Below are positions 39,371-51,720 of a DNA stretch of 64,000 nucleotides, one piece after another. A model generated the notes under the pieces. It did no database searches, had not been told where the DNA came from, and saw only the letters and a program-made list of their open reading frames with translations. Position numbers and translations under genes: made by a program. Source of the stretch: Euprymna scolopes (taxonomy: Eukaryota); the NCBI GenBank assembly GCA_053919585.1, contig CM132802.1. One strand, given 5' to 3'. Positions within the stretch are counted from its first letter, which is position 1; every line of letters starts with the position of its first letter.

Positions 39371-41777
39371 GAAAATAAAAACCAAAATGTGAATGTTAGT
39401 ACGAATAATTAAAATAATTCAAATTAATTATCCTCCAAAATATTCCGAAACATAGACAAAGAAATTCATTTTTATCTTTTAGAAGAAACATTTAAAATAT
39501 ACTCATTTAAATAAACAAAAATGACTCTACCCAATAAATAAAAAAACAAACAAGATCCATAGTGAAGATATATCCATTCTGAAGATATTTCTATTTAATC
39601 TACGCAGATAGTGCTGAAAATGCTACTCAAAATTGTCCGATCGACAAGAACAAGCAAAATGAAAGAAATTTGGTTTTAAATAAAAACTTATCTTTACCCT
39701 TGACTGAAAAAATTCAACAAAATAAGAGATTAACTAATCTTGAAATATTTTTCAATGTATTTGTTCTTCAAAATATATACAAATATTTATTAATATCCAT
39801 AATTTAATAAATAATTAATAAACAAGTGTATGTATTACTACTTATTTTGAAAAGCAAAAAACAAAGGTTTTTTAGTCCACCTGAATGAGATCATCTCTGC
39901 CTTCATTTCAAAGAATTATTGCATCGTATTACGCCGATAGTCGAAATAATGCCAACCTTTACAAAAAGATAAATTCATTTAAGATGCTAATAAAAGAATT
40001 GTATAAAGATAGTGTTTAATGCTATCAGTACATTTCATTTTTTCTATTCATTAAAATTTCTGTCATTTACTATCATTTTTAGCAAGAGTTGCATTTAAAA
40101 TATATTTTTCATTATCGTCTTTGATATTCAAATTGTGCTAGTCAAAATAATTTTATTTAACTATAAATTATAATTCTAGTTAAAGGGAATGAGTCTTTAT
40201 GGTTCCAAGACTGACAAGGAGAATTGAAACCAATAAAAGATGATAAACAAACTTTTCAGCCACTCACGTCGAAGCAAACTAAAACTTTATACGAAGCCAG
40301 AATACAGAACTAATTCAGTAAATGGACTAAGAGTTACAGGGTCATTCGAGCAATCATTAATATTCAATGGATGCATCAATAATTTAGTAGGTAAAAATAA
40401 TACATCTCGTCCCACGACAATTCCTTACAGCTATATATTTACCATGGAATCAGCTATAGTTTATTATTATTATTTATGATTGCTATAGATGTCAATTTAG
40501 TTATTTATATAAAATACATTTGACAGCGGAGGCTATTTGTGTAAAACCAGAAAAAATTAAAAAGAAAGATATATTTTAATGTATATTCGCCGGCGTTGCT
40601 CGAGATGCAGTGAAGTCGTTTTAGTTTTTACATTTTTATTCGTTACACATTTTAAGGTAGACATTTTTCATTTTAAGGTAGACAATTCAATTTAAAATGA
40701 CTTATTTCTCTTTCTAGCTTTTACTTTTGATTGATCGTGTTAGAATTTTTCATATAATGTTATACACCATTTTTAAAAGTGTTATTACATTTTAACGGAC
40801 CAACGCGTTGTAGAATCTGTCGCTAGGAAATAGAAGAAAAATAAAAAAAATCGACTCACTTCTTTTATTAACAAAATACCTTATATCCTGTATTTCCAAC
40901 AACGCAACTTTTCTAAATAATTAAACAATTCATTTCCCATTCTAAATAATAAAACAATTCATTTAACATTCTAAATAATTAAACAGTTCATTTCCAATTC
41001 TAAATAATTAAACAATTCATTTCCAATTGTAAATAATTAAACAATTCATTTCCCATTCTAAATAATAAAGCAATTCATTTAACATTCTAAATAATTAAAC
41101 AAATCATTTCCAATTCTAAATAATTAAACAATTCATTTCCAATTGTAAATAATTAAACAATTCATTTCCCATTCTAAATAATAAAGTAATTTACTTCCCA
41201 TTCTAAATAATTAAATAATTTATTTCACATTTTAAATAATAAACAATTGATTTCCCATTCTAAATAATTAAACAATTTATTTCCCATTTTAAATAATTAA
41301 ACAATTCATTTCCCGTTCGAATTAATTAAACAATGAATTTCCCGTTCTAAATAATGAACCATTTTATTTCCCATTTTAAATAATTTAACAATTCATTTCC
41401 CATTCTTAATAATTAAACAGTTCATTTCACATTCTAAATAATTAAACAGTTCATTTCCCATTCTAAATAATTAAACAGTTCATTTCACATTCTAAATAAT
41501 TAAACAGTTCTTTTCACCTTCTAAAAAAGTAAACAATTTATGTCCGATTCTATATAATTAAATAATTTATTTCCCATTCTAAATAATTAAGCAATTCATT
41601 TCCCATTCTAAATAATTTAAGAGAACATTTCCAATTCTAAATAATTATACAATTCCTTTCCCATTCTAAATAATTAAACAATTTACTTCCCATTCTAAAT
41701 AATTAAACAAGTTAATTTGCCAATCTAAATAATTATACAGTTTATTTCCACTTCTAAATTATTAAACAATTCTTTTC

Positions 41778-42134
41778 ACATGGTTATATCCGGTTATCTC
41801 TCACTCTGCCGTAAGAACGCAGGCAGACTTATGTCCGACACTTGGAGTCTATATTCGAAACACCCTCCCCTTGATTAGAGAAACAAAACTAGAATCAGAT
41901 GCACAGGCTTTTATGTGCTTTAGGGTTAACATGCAACATAACATTAACAACATATATTTTTTATACCTCCTCCCTCAACCCAGGACTGTACCCCCCCTAA
42001 TAAAAAAACTCTCTGACAGCATAGATACAGCACTATATCACGATACTAGCGCACAAGTACATGTATTTGGTAACGTCAATGTCTAACAATTGCTTGGAGT
42101 AATTGGCTTGGATTCTCTACTTATACGAATCCAG
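41778..42134 (+). mobile_element. LINE APE-endonuclease fragment, copy 1
   Basis: LGVYIRNTLPLIRETKLE...FMCFR...LSDSIDTAL...VFGNVNV (equivalent to the GDFN motif). Confidence 0.8.
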
Positions 42135-43739
42135 AATTAAACAATTCATTTCCCATTCTAAATAATGAAACACTTCATTTCCTATTCTAAATAATAAAAT
42201 ACTTACTTCCCATTGAAAATAATTAAAAAATTCATTTCCTGTTCTAAATAATATAATAATTCATTTTCCAATCTAAATAATTAAACAGTTCATTTCTCAT
42301 TCTAAATAATTAAACAATTAATTTCCTATTTAAATACCAAATTATTTATTTTGAATTCAAAATAGCTAAACAGCTCATTTAACATTCTAAATAATGAAAC
42401 AGTCCATTTCCCATTCTAAGCAACTGAACAATTCATTTCGCATTCAAATAAATGAAGTGTTCATTTCTAATTCTAAATAATTAAACAAATCATTTCTTAT
42501 TCTAAATGATTAAAGAGTTCATTTTCCATTCTAAATAATTTAACAATTCATTTTCAATTATACATAATTTAACAATTCAGTTGACATTCTAAATGATTTA
42601 ACAATTCATTTTCTATTCAAAATAATTAAACAATTCAGTTGACATTCTAAATAATTTTACAATTCATTTCTCATTATAAATAAAAAATTATTTCGAAATA
42701 ATGAAACAGTTCCTTTCCCATTCTAAATTATTAAACAGTTCATTTCCCATTCAAATTATTTAACAGTTCATTCCCATTCTAAATAATAAACAATTCATTT
42801 TCCATTCTAAATAATTAAACAATTCATTTCAAATTCTAAATAATAAAACAGTTCATTTCCCATTAAAATAATTAAACAATTCATTTCCCATTCCAAATGA
42901 TTAAGCAGTTCAGTTCCCATTCTAAACAATTAAACAATTTATTTCCCATTATAAATAATTTAACACTTCATTTCTTATTCTAAACAGTTTATTTTCCATT
43001 CTAAATAATTAAACAATTCAGTTATCATTCTAAATAAATAAACCCTTCATTTTTCATTCTTAATAATTAAAAAATTATTTCACATGTTAAATAATTTATT
43101 TCCCAGTCTAAATTATTAAACAGCCATTTCCCATGCTAAATAATTAAACAGTTCATTTTCCATTCTAAATCACTAAACAAATCATTTCTCATTCTACATA
43201 ATTTAACATTTCACTTCCCATTCTAAATAATTATACAATTTATTTCCCATTATAAATAATTAAACAGCGTATTTCCATTCTAAATATTTTAGCAATTAAT
43301 TTCCCACTCGAAATAATTAAACAATTCATATCCCATTCTAGATAATTAAACAGTACATTTCCCATTTAAAATAATTAAACAATTATTTTCCCATTCTAAG
43401 TTATTAAATATTAATTTCTCATTCTAAATAATAAAGCACTTTATTTCCCATTCCAAACAATAAAAAAATTCTTTTCACATTCTAAATAATTAAACAATTC
43501 ATTTCTCATCCTAAATAATTGAACAGTGTATTACCTATTCTAAATAATTAAGCAATTAATTTCCCATTACGAAATAATTTAGCAATTTATTTCCCATTCT
43601 CAATAATTAAACAATTCATTTCCCATTCTTAATAATTAAACACTTCATTTACCATTCTAAATAATTAAACAATTCATTTGCAATTCAAAATAATTCCACA
43701 GTTCATTTCCAATTCTAAATTATTAAACAATTCTTTTCA

Positions 43740-44081
43740 CATGGTTATCTCTGCTTATCTTTCACTCTGCCGTAATAACAGAGACAGACATGCCCGAACT
43801 TGGAGTCTATATTCGAAACACACTCCCCTTGACTGGTAAACAAAACTAGAATCAGACGGCCATGCCTTTATGTGCTTTAGACTTTACATGAACACAATAT
43901 TAGCTACCTATATTGTCTCGACCGCCCCCCCCCTCAACCCAGGGCTGTACCGTAATAAAAAAACTCTCTGACAGCATAGATAAAGCCCTCTCCCTCGATA
44001 CTCGAGCACAAGTACATGTATTTGGTAACGTCAATATCTAATACAGTAATTGGCTTGAGTTCTCTACTTACACAAATCCAG
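43740..44081 (+). mobile_element. LINE APE-endonuclease fragment, copy 2
   Basis: Homologous to copy 1 with the same junctions. Confidence 0.8.
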
Positions 44082-45057
44082 AATTAAACAATCCATTTCC
44101 CATTCTAAATAATAAAACACTTATTTCCCATTGAAAATAATTAAACAATTAATTTCCTATTGTAAATAATAAAACACTTCATTTTCCATTCTAAATAATT
44201 AAACAGTTCCTTTCTCATTCTAAATAATTAAACAGTTTATTTCCCATTCTAGACAATTAAACAATTCATTTCCTATTCTAAATACTTAAACAATTTATTT
44301 CTTATTCTAAATAATTAAACAGTTCATTTCCTATTCTAAATAATTAAATAATTAATTTTCTTATTCTAAATAATTTTACAATTTATTTCTTATTCTAAAT
44401 CACGAAACGGGTAATTTCCTATTCTAAATAATTAAACACTTAATTTCTCATTCTTAATAATGTAACGATTCATTTCACATTCTAAATAATTAAACAATTC
44501 ACTTCCCATTCTAAATAAATAAACAGTTCATTTCCCATTCTAAATAATTAAGCAGTCCATTTCCCATTCTAAACAATGAAACAGTTCATTTCGCGTTCTA
44601 AATAATTAAACAAGTTATTTCGTTTCTAAATAATTAAACAATTCATTTGCCATTCTAAATAATTAAACAATTAATTTCCTATTCTAAATAATTAAACAGT
44701 TCGTTTGCAATTCTAAATATTTAAAAAGTTCAGTTCCCATTCTAAATAATTAAATCATTCATTTCGCATTCTAAATACTTAAACAATTTATTTCCCACTT
44801 TAAATAATTAAACAATTCATATCCCAGTCATAATAATTAAATAATTCATGTCATATTTTAAATAATTAAACAATTTATTTCTTATTCTAAATCATGAAAA
44901 AGGTAATTTTCTATTCTAAATAATTAAGTAATTCATTACCCATTCTAAATAATTAAACAGTTCACTTCCCATTCTAAATAATTAAACAGTTTATTTCTCC
45001 ATTAGAAATAATCAAACAGTTCATTCCCTAATCTAAATTATTAAACAATTCTTTTCA

Positions 45058-45401
45058 CATTTTTATCTCTGGATATCTTTATCCGTCATAAAAATACAGA
45101 CAGATTATGCACGGACTTGGAGTCTATATTCGACCCCCCCCCCCGCTTGACTAGAGAAACAAAACTAGAATCATACGACCAGGCCTTTATGTGCTTTAGA
45201 CTTAACATGCAACATAATATATTAGCTACCTAGATTTTCTCTACCTCCCTCCATCAACCCAGGACTGTACTCTAATAAACAAGCTCTCTGACAGCATAGA
45301 TACAGCACTATCCCTCGTTACTAGCGCACAAGTACATGTGTTTGGTAATGTAAATGTCCACCACAGTAATTGGCTTGGATTCTCTACTTACACAAATCCA
45401 G
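45058..45401 (+). mobile_element. LINE APE-endonuclease fragment, copy 3
   Basis: Homologous to copy 1 with the same junctions. Confidence 0.8.
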
Positions 45402-46079
45402 AATTAAACAATTCATTTCCCATTCTAAATAATGAAACAACTCAGTTCCCATTCTAAATTGCTTAACGTACATTTCACATTTTAATAATTAAGTTAATAA
45501 TTAAACATTTCATTAGCTATTCTACATAATTAAACAATTAATTTTCCATTCTTAATAACTAGACAATTTATTTCTCAACCATATAAATTAAATCATTCCT
45601 TTCCCATTCTAAATAATTAAACAGTTCCCTTACCATTCTAAATAATTAAACAATTCATTTCCCATTCTAAATTATTAAACAATTTATTTCCCATTCTAAA
45701 TAATTAAACAGTTTTTTCCATTTTAAATAATTTAACAATTCATTTCAATTCTAAATAATTAAACAATTTATTTCCTATTCTAAATAATTAAACACCCATT
45801 CTAAATAATTTAACAATTCATTTCTTATTCTAAATAATTAAACAATTCATTTCTTATTCTAAATACTTAAACAATTCATTTCCCATTTTTAAATAATTAA
45901 ACAATTCATTTCTTATTCTAAATAATTAAATAATTCATTTCTTATTCTAAATAATTAAACAATAATTTTCCCATTCTAAATAATTGAACAATTTATTCCC
46001 CATTCTAAATAATTATACAATTTATTCCTTATTCTAAATAATTTTATGGTAGTTTAAAAATAATATGGACATTTGTCGA

Positions 46080-46230
46080 GGTTATTTGCGGATACTGCCC
46101 CCGTGACTAGAACTGCCGACTTTCAACAGAATGGTTCTAGGTTCAATCCTCGATTTGGGAGAGATGCTAGTCTAGCGGCACTGATGAGTTGTTATGCGAC
46201 GAAATAGTACTGTATGTCGATGACTACAAA
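46080..46230 (+). mobile_element. tRNA-SINE-like element carrying a hammerhead ribozyme
   Basis: Pol III B-box GTTCAATCC (46141-46149) ~20 nt upstream of the hammerhead; homologous layout at ~51220-51311. A-box not recognisable, so the 5' end is approximate. Confidence 0.6.
46168..46226 (+). ncRNA. Type I hammerhead ribozyme, intact core
   Basis: TAGTC-tag-CGGCA-CTGATGA-GTTGT(tat)GCGAC-GAAA-TAG(ta)CTG-TA-TGTCG-at-GACTA. All three stems pair; predicted cleavage after GUA at 46214. Confidence 0.8.
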
Positions 46231-46269
46231 TATATTTTAAACTTCTCTCTTTGGTAATTTAATATTTAA

Positions 46270-49200
46270 AACCTTGACACTTCAAAAGCATGTGGACCCA
46301 ATCTCATCCCGGCTGTGCAGTTAAAAAATACTCTGCCGAGTTTCCTCCAATTCTCTCCAAACTTTACAACAAATGCCTTAACGAATATTTCTTTCCCGAC
46401 TGCTGGAAAACTGCTTCTGTGGTATCAGTTTTCAAGAATTCTGGCGAAAGAAATGACCCATTAAATTATCGCCCTTAGAATCTCCTCCCGCTTTTCGTAA
46501 AAATATTTGAGTCTTTAATTAATCAAGCTCTAATCCATCACCTAACAGCTGCTAAACTTCTGACCGACCAACAATATGGATTTAGAAAGCCTGTTCCACA
46601 GTAGATATCTTAACTGTAATCTCTGAAAGTATATCGCATTCACTGGACAAAGCAAGGGCGGGTAGAGCGGTAGCCCTTGATATATCTAAAGCTTTTGACA
46701 GGGTTAGGCACGATAGTCTTCCCAGGAAAAAATGAGCACAAATGAGACTACTGAATGGTTCAAAACGGCAATTGAAGCACCTGTTCTCATGTGGAAATTC
46801 TATAGTAAACTCCACTCTCCCCAATGGTGTACTTCTACTCGTGCAGCTGCCATTGCTCAAAGAGAGCATGCGTACTGCAGATTTAACGACATAAGTCCAG
46901 TTTAAACATACAGAAGTTTATAAAAGCTAGAAGTAATTGTTAGAGAGAAATAGCGACAACTAAGAGAGAATATACTAAAACCACCAGAAAACGCATCGAA
47001 GCACAGAAATTAGGAACCCATGATTTTTGGAAAATCTACAATAGTGTAGAAAATAATGGACAAGCAAAAATTCTCTCCACTATCAAACAATCATGACGTT
47101 GTTTGCCTCAAACTCCACATTGGACCAAGATCACCACTCCCTTCCTGACTTTCCTTTGTGGACAGACGCCACACTAGATGATCTGCAAATCACCACTTCT
47201 CAGGTGCATGATATCATAAAAAATCCTAGACACCTCAAAAGCATGTGGACCCAATCTCATCCCGGCTGTGCAGTTAAAAAAAATGCTTTGCTGACGTTCC
47301 TCCAGTCCTCTCCAAACTTTACAACAAATGCCTTAACGAATATTTCTTTCCCGACTGCTGGAAAACTGCTTTTGTGGTATCAATTTTTAAGAATTCTGAC
47401 GAAGGAAATGACCCATCAAATTATCGCCCTATTAGTCTCCTCCCGCTTTTCGTCAAAATATTTGAGTCCATAATTAATAAAGCTTTAATACCTCCCCTAA
47501 CAGCTGCTTAACTTCTGACCGACCAACAATATGGATTTAGGCAAGCCTGTTCCACAGCAGATACCCTTACTGTAATCTCTGAATATATATACCATTCCAA
47601 GCGAGGGTAGAGCAGTAGCCCTTGATATATCTTTTTTGACAGGGTATGGCACGATGGTCTTCTCAGGAAAATCAGATAATATGGTATCACTAGGAGAATA
47701 CTTAACATAATTAAATTCTTCATAAGTAAGAGAAGAATCCAGGTTGTCTTCAACAGTCGTACATCTAAACAATATGATATAAATGCGGGAGGACCTCATG
47801 GGTTTATTCTTGGAACTTTATTATTTCCAATATTCATAAATGACGTCCCTGATAAAATTGTCTCTGAGATAGGTATATTTGCTGATGACACTACGCTCTA
47901 TAACAGGTATGAGGGGAAAACAAATGAATAAACAGCAGAAACACTAGAGGAAGAACTTCAACATGTAGTGGTATGGGGAAAAAATGGATAGTCCCATTTA
48001 ATGCTGCCAAGACTAAGCTTGTTTCCTTCAATAATTACAAGAAACATTCTCTACCACTAATAGCAATGGCCAAAGAAACATCTAAAAGTACTTCCTTTAA
48101 ACTCCTCGGCCTAACATTCACAGGGAACATGAATTGGAAAAGATACATTGAGAGCATTGCCAAGGCCGCTAGAAAGCTACTCACGTCTGCAAGTATACTG
48201 TACCTCTATAAGGCCACCATTCGTCCATGTATAAAGTATATTCACATTTGGGCTGGTGCATCTGCTATTAGTCTCTCACTACTGAACAGGTTCAAAAGAA
48301 AGTCATCAACCTGATGGCCCCTATGTCCCAAGTATTTTAATGGTGAATGCTCTGACGAACTACAAGCACTTGTACTCCTTTGACGTAAATTCACCTGAAA
48401 ACCCCAACAAGCAGCTAAATCCCACTCCTACACAGTAGAGATCCCTAAATATAAGAAAGCCTTCTACTCCAGTAGTTTCTTCCCCAGAACTGGTAGACTT
48501 TGGAACGGTGCCCGGAAAACTCGTCCCGGGAAAACTCGTCTCGGGAAAACTCGTCTCCGGAAAACTCGTCTCGGGAAAACTCGTCCCCTTTCGCTAGGTA
48601 GGAAAACTGATCCCTTATTGAATAAATATCGATTGAAAACACATTTTATGATCGTTCTTGAAGGAGATATTGTTTTTTTTTAAATAGACTATAGCCCCCC
48701 CCCCCATAATATTTAAAAAAAAAAATATTTTTACTTGTTTAATGTTTTTTTTTTTTTTTTTAAATAAAATCGATTTTCTAAGTGTCCGTTTTCTACCTAA
48801 CTGGCTAAGTTCTTAGTGGTTTCACTTATTTTACAGCGTGGGTTTGTATTACTGTACACATAGATTCGAAAAAGTAGTTAAAAAACAAATATATAACAAA
48901 AAAAATGTTATCAAAGGCAAGATAAGTTACTTTTCTACCAAACTGGATATAATTATCGTGTTTTTTTTTTCAATTTAACATGTTTATTCAGCTCGAAAAA
49001 CATGCAGTGTTTACCGATGTATTGGAAAATTCAAAATGGCGGCCGACTCTCTCTTAAACACCGAATATATGTCAACCTATGTCACGGTAATATATATTGA
49101 GCGAATTTCTAGCAGTATTTTGTCTAGTTTATTATTTATAACACCTTTTCCCGAACTTACCGTGTTTAAGAGAGAGTCGGCCGCCATTTTGAATTTTCCA

Positions 49201-50440
49201 ATACATCATCGGTAAACACTGCATGTTTTTCGAGCTGAATAAACATGTTAAATTGAAAAAAAAACACGGTAATTATATCCAGTTTGGTAGAAAAGTAACT
49301 TATCTTGCCTTTGATAACATTTATTTGTTATATATTTGTTTTTTAACTACTTTTTCGAATCTATGTGTACAGTAATACAAACCCAAATTTTAATATTTTT
49401 TAAAATATAATTTATAGAGGGGGGAGGTTAAAACTATATCTCCCTCCGAAAAACAACCAACAAAAAATGAAATCAAAAAGATTCTTGATAAACGATAGCG
49501 GAGTTTTCAATAAAATTTATTAATAAATTTATTTAGTGATTACTTTTTCTCTGAATGATTGATTTTAGAATTTTGAAGTAAAAATTTAAAAAATTAAAAA
49601 TGAGTTAACGAGAGATTGTTAGCACATGGCATCTCTCTCGCCAAAAAAATATTTCGCTTTTAATTTTTTAGTTAATTTTTGCAAAATTTGACAGGACGAC
49701 AATAAATGTGGATAATTGATAGAATTATAATTTTAAATAACGCATGAGTGCATTTGGTATGAGAGAAAACGAAAACATAACAACAAAAAACTATCATAAT
49801 TAAAAAACCAAAACAAAAAAGTAATGCTCCCAGTTTTTAATTTTTTTGTTTTGTTTTTTATTATTGTTTTTATGACTCCAAAAAACATCGTTAAAATAAG
49901 AACCAAAAAAATTGTAATTAACTTTGTATGAACATAATAAACGCTTTAAAATAAGTGAAACCACTAAGAACTTAGCCAGTTAGGTAGAAAACGGACAATC
50001 GATTTTATTTAAAAAAAAAAAACAAAAAAAAAAACATTAAACAAATAAAAAAAATCTTTTTAAATATTATGGGGGAGGGCTATAGTCTAATTTAAAAAGC
50101 AATATCTCCTTCAAGAACGATCATAAAATGTGTTTTCAATCGATATTTATTCAATACGGGACCAGTTTTCCTACCTAGCGAAAGGGGACGAGTTTTCCCG
50201 AGACGAGTTTTCCGGAGACGAGTTTTCCCGAGACGAGTTTTCCCGAGACGAGTTTTCCCGGGACGAGTTTTCCTAAATTCCTTTGGAACTCCCTTCCGAG
50301 ATTCTGCTTTCCCAACTGTACTGACACGCTGAAGCTCAAGTGTAATATGAACAGACATCTGGCTAATCATCTCCCTTCAGCTGCAACTTATGTCTCCAAT
50401 ATTAGTCTCCTACTTCAAAGTGGCACTCTGTTTTAATTGG
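46270..50440 (+). mobile_element. Decayed CR1/L2-type LINE (with internal duplication 46270-46725 / 47225-47660), split by a MITE
   Basis: FPDCWKTASV..VFKN, QYGFR, LDISKAFDRV.H, FADDTTL, HIWAGAS. GRLWN|SLP is interrupted at 48506/50282. Confidence 0.85.
48507..50281. mobile_element. Foldback-type non-autonomous TIR element, copy 1 (8-bp TSD)
   Basis: TSD TTTGGAAC at 48499-48506 and 50282-50289; GG...CC ends; ~330-bp TIRs starting with 15-bp repeats GGAAAACTCGTCTCG; internal palindrome at 48840-49384; no ORF. Confidence 0.92.
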
Positions 50441-50451
50441 GGTGAAAATTG

Positions 50452-50534
<83 letters not shown>

Positions 50535-51127
50535 CTAGCAGGTAGACTCGATGTTGCCAAGCATTGAATAAGGTTCAACAAATGTTTCACTTTCCTAATC
50601 TTTTATTGTCATCGAAATCAGTGCATTTTTCGATTAAATCAATTGATTGTCTGCTTTAGTTGGGCATCCACAACGGTGTACCGGGTGGAAGCTTTACATA
50701 CTTCCCTGCAGTGACTTTGTCTACATTTCATCTCTAGAGAACCTACTGTTTATTTTATACAATTATTTCAATATATAATGTCTTGAATTGAAGTTTAAAA
50801 TGCAAATGTCAATTATCCGAGTTGAATTGTACTCTAAACAGAAACATTTATTTCGAACACGTCCCTAACATATCAAAGAACCTACTGTTAATTTTATATA
50901 CCGGGCATTTTTGCTTGTGCAGTAATAAAACTTTTCAAATATACTTGTGATGTTAGACCGTATAACGTTAACTTTAGGTAAAATCGAACTACTACTTCTT
51001 TAATCAGATATTTTCTGATTATTGAAGGCTACAAAACCTATTTAAAAAAGTTCCCAGACACCTAAAGTACACTTGTGTGAAATTTCAGAAAAAATCGGCT
51101 CAGCCGTTTTGAAGTTCGTAAGAAACT

Positions 51128-51205
<78 letters not shown>

Positions 51206-51252
51206 GGGTCTTTTTGGGCGATCGAATTTCGATCCTGGCTTGAGGTAGTTGC

Positions 51253-51309
51253 TTGTTTAGCCGCACTGATGAGCTGTGAAACAGCGAGACACTACTGTAT
51301 GTGAATGGC

Positions 51310-51311
<2 letters not shown>
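51253..51311 (+). ncRNA. Type I hammerhead, mutated copy (duplicated at 54380-54438)
   Basis: CGCA-CTGATGA-GCTGT(gaa)ACAGC-GAGA-CACTACTG-TA-TGTG; GAAA is mutated to GAGA. Confidence 0.65.
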
Positions 51312-51352
<41 letters not shown>

Positions 51353-51720
51353 TGATGGGACGATGCCAAAATTTTTCCCGATTCCGATTCCGTTCAAAAT
51401 TTCCGATTCCGATCCGATTCCCGATTCCGATTCCGATTCTTGTAAAATTTATACATATTTAATTAGAGATATTTTTTGTTTGTTTTTTCGTAAATTTTCA
51501 AATTATTACATAAACCCCTGGTTAATGTCTGCGTATATTTTATCTCAAATGTTTGCCTTGTAATTGATTAAAAATTGTAACACAACAAAACATTTATTTT
51601 GATTTTAAAACAAAGCTATATTGTACCAGTTCGTATTTACTGTATAACATGCTACTTACATGAATAGTGGAAAATATTCGAAGATCGGTAGGCAAAATAA
51701 GAAAACGATGTAAGAACAAT

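Larger units (their letters stand above)
40911..46045. repeat. Diverged 29-bp satellite array interrupted by three LINE endonuclease fragments
   Basis: Unit TTCTAAATAATTAAACAATTCATTTCCCA (period 40911->40940). Confidence 0.95.

Noticed and set aside
40911-46045. CRISPR-like repeat/spacer appearance of the arrays (also 2580-3276)
   Set aside because: Units are contiguous without unique spacers, the inserts are copies of one LINE fragment, there are no cas genes, and the context is eukaryotic.
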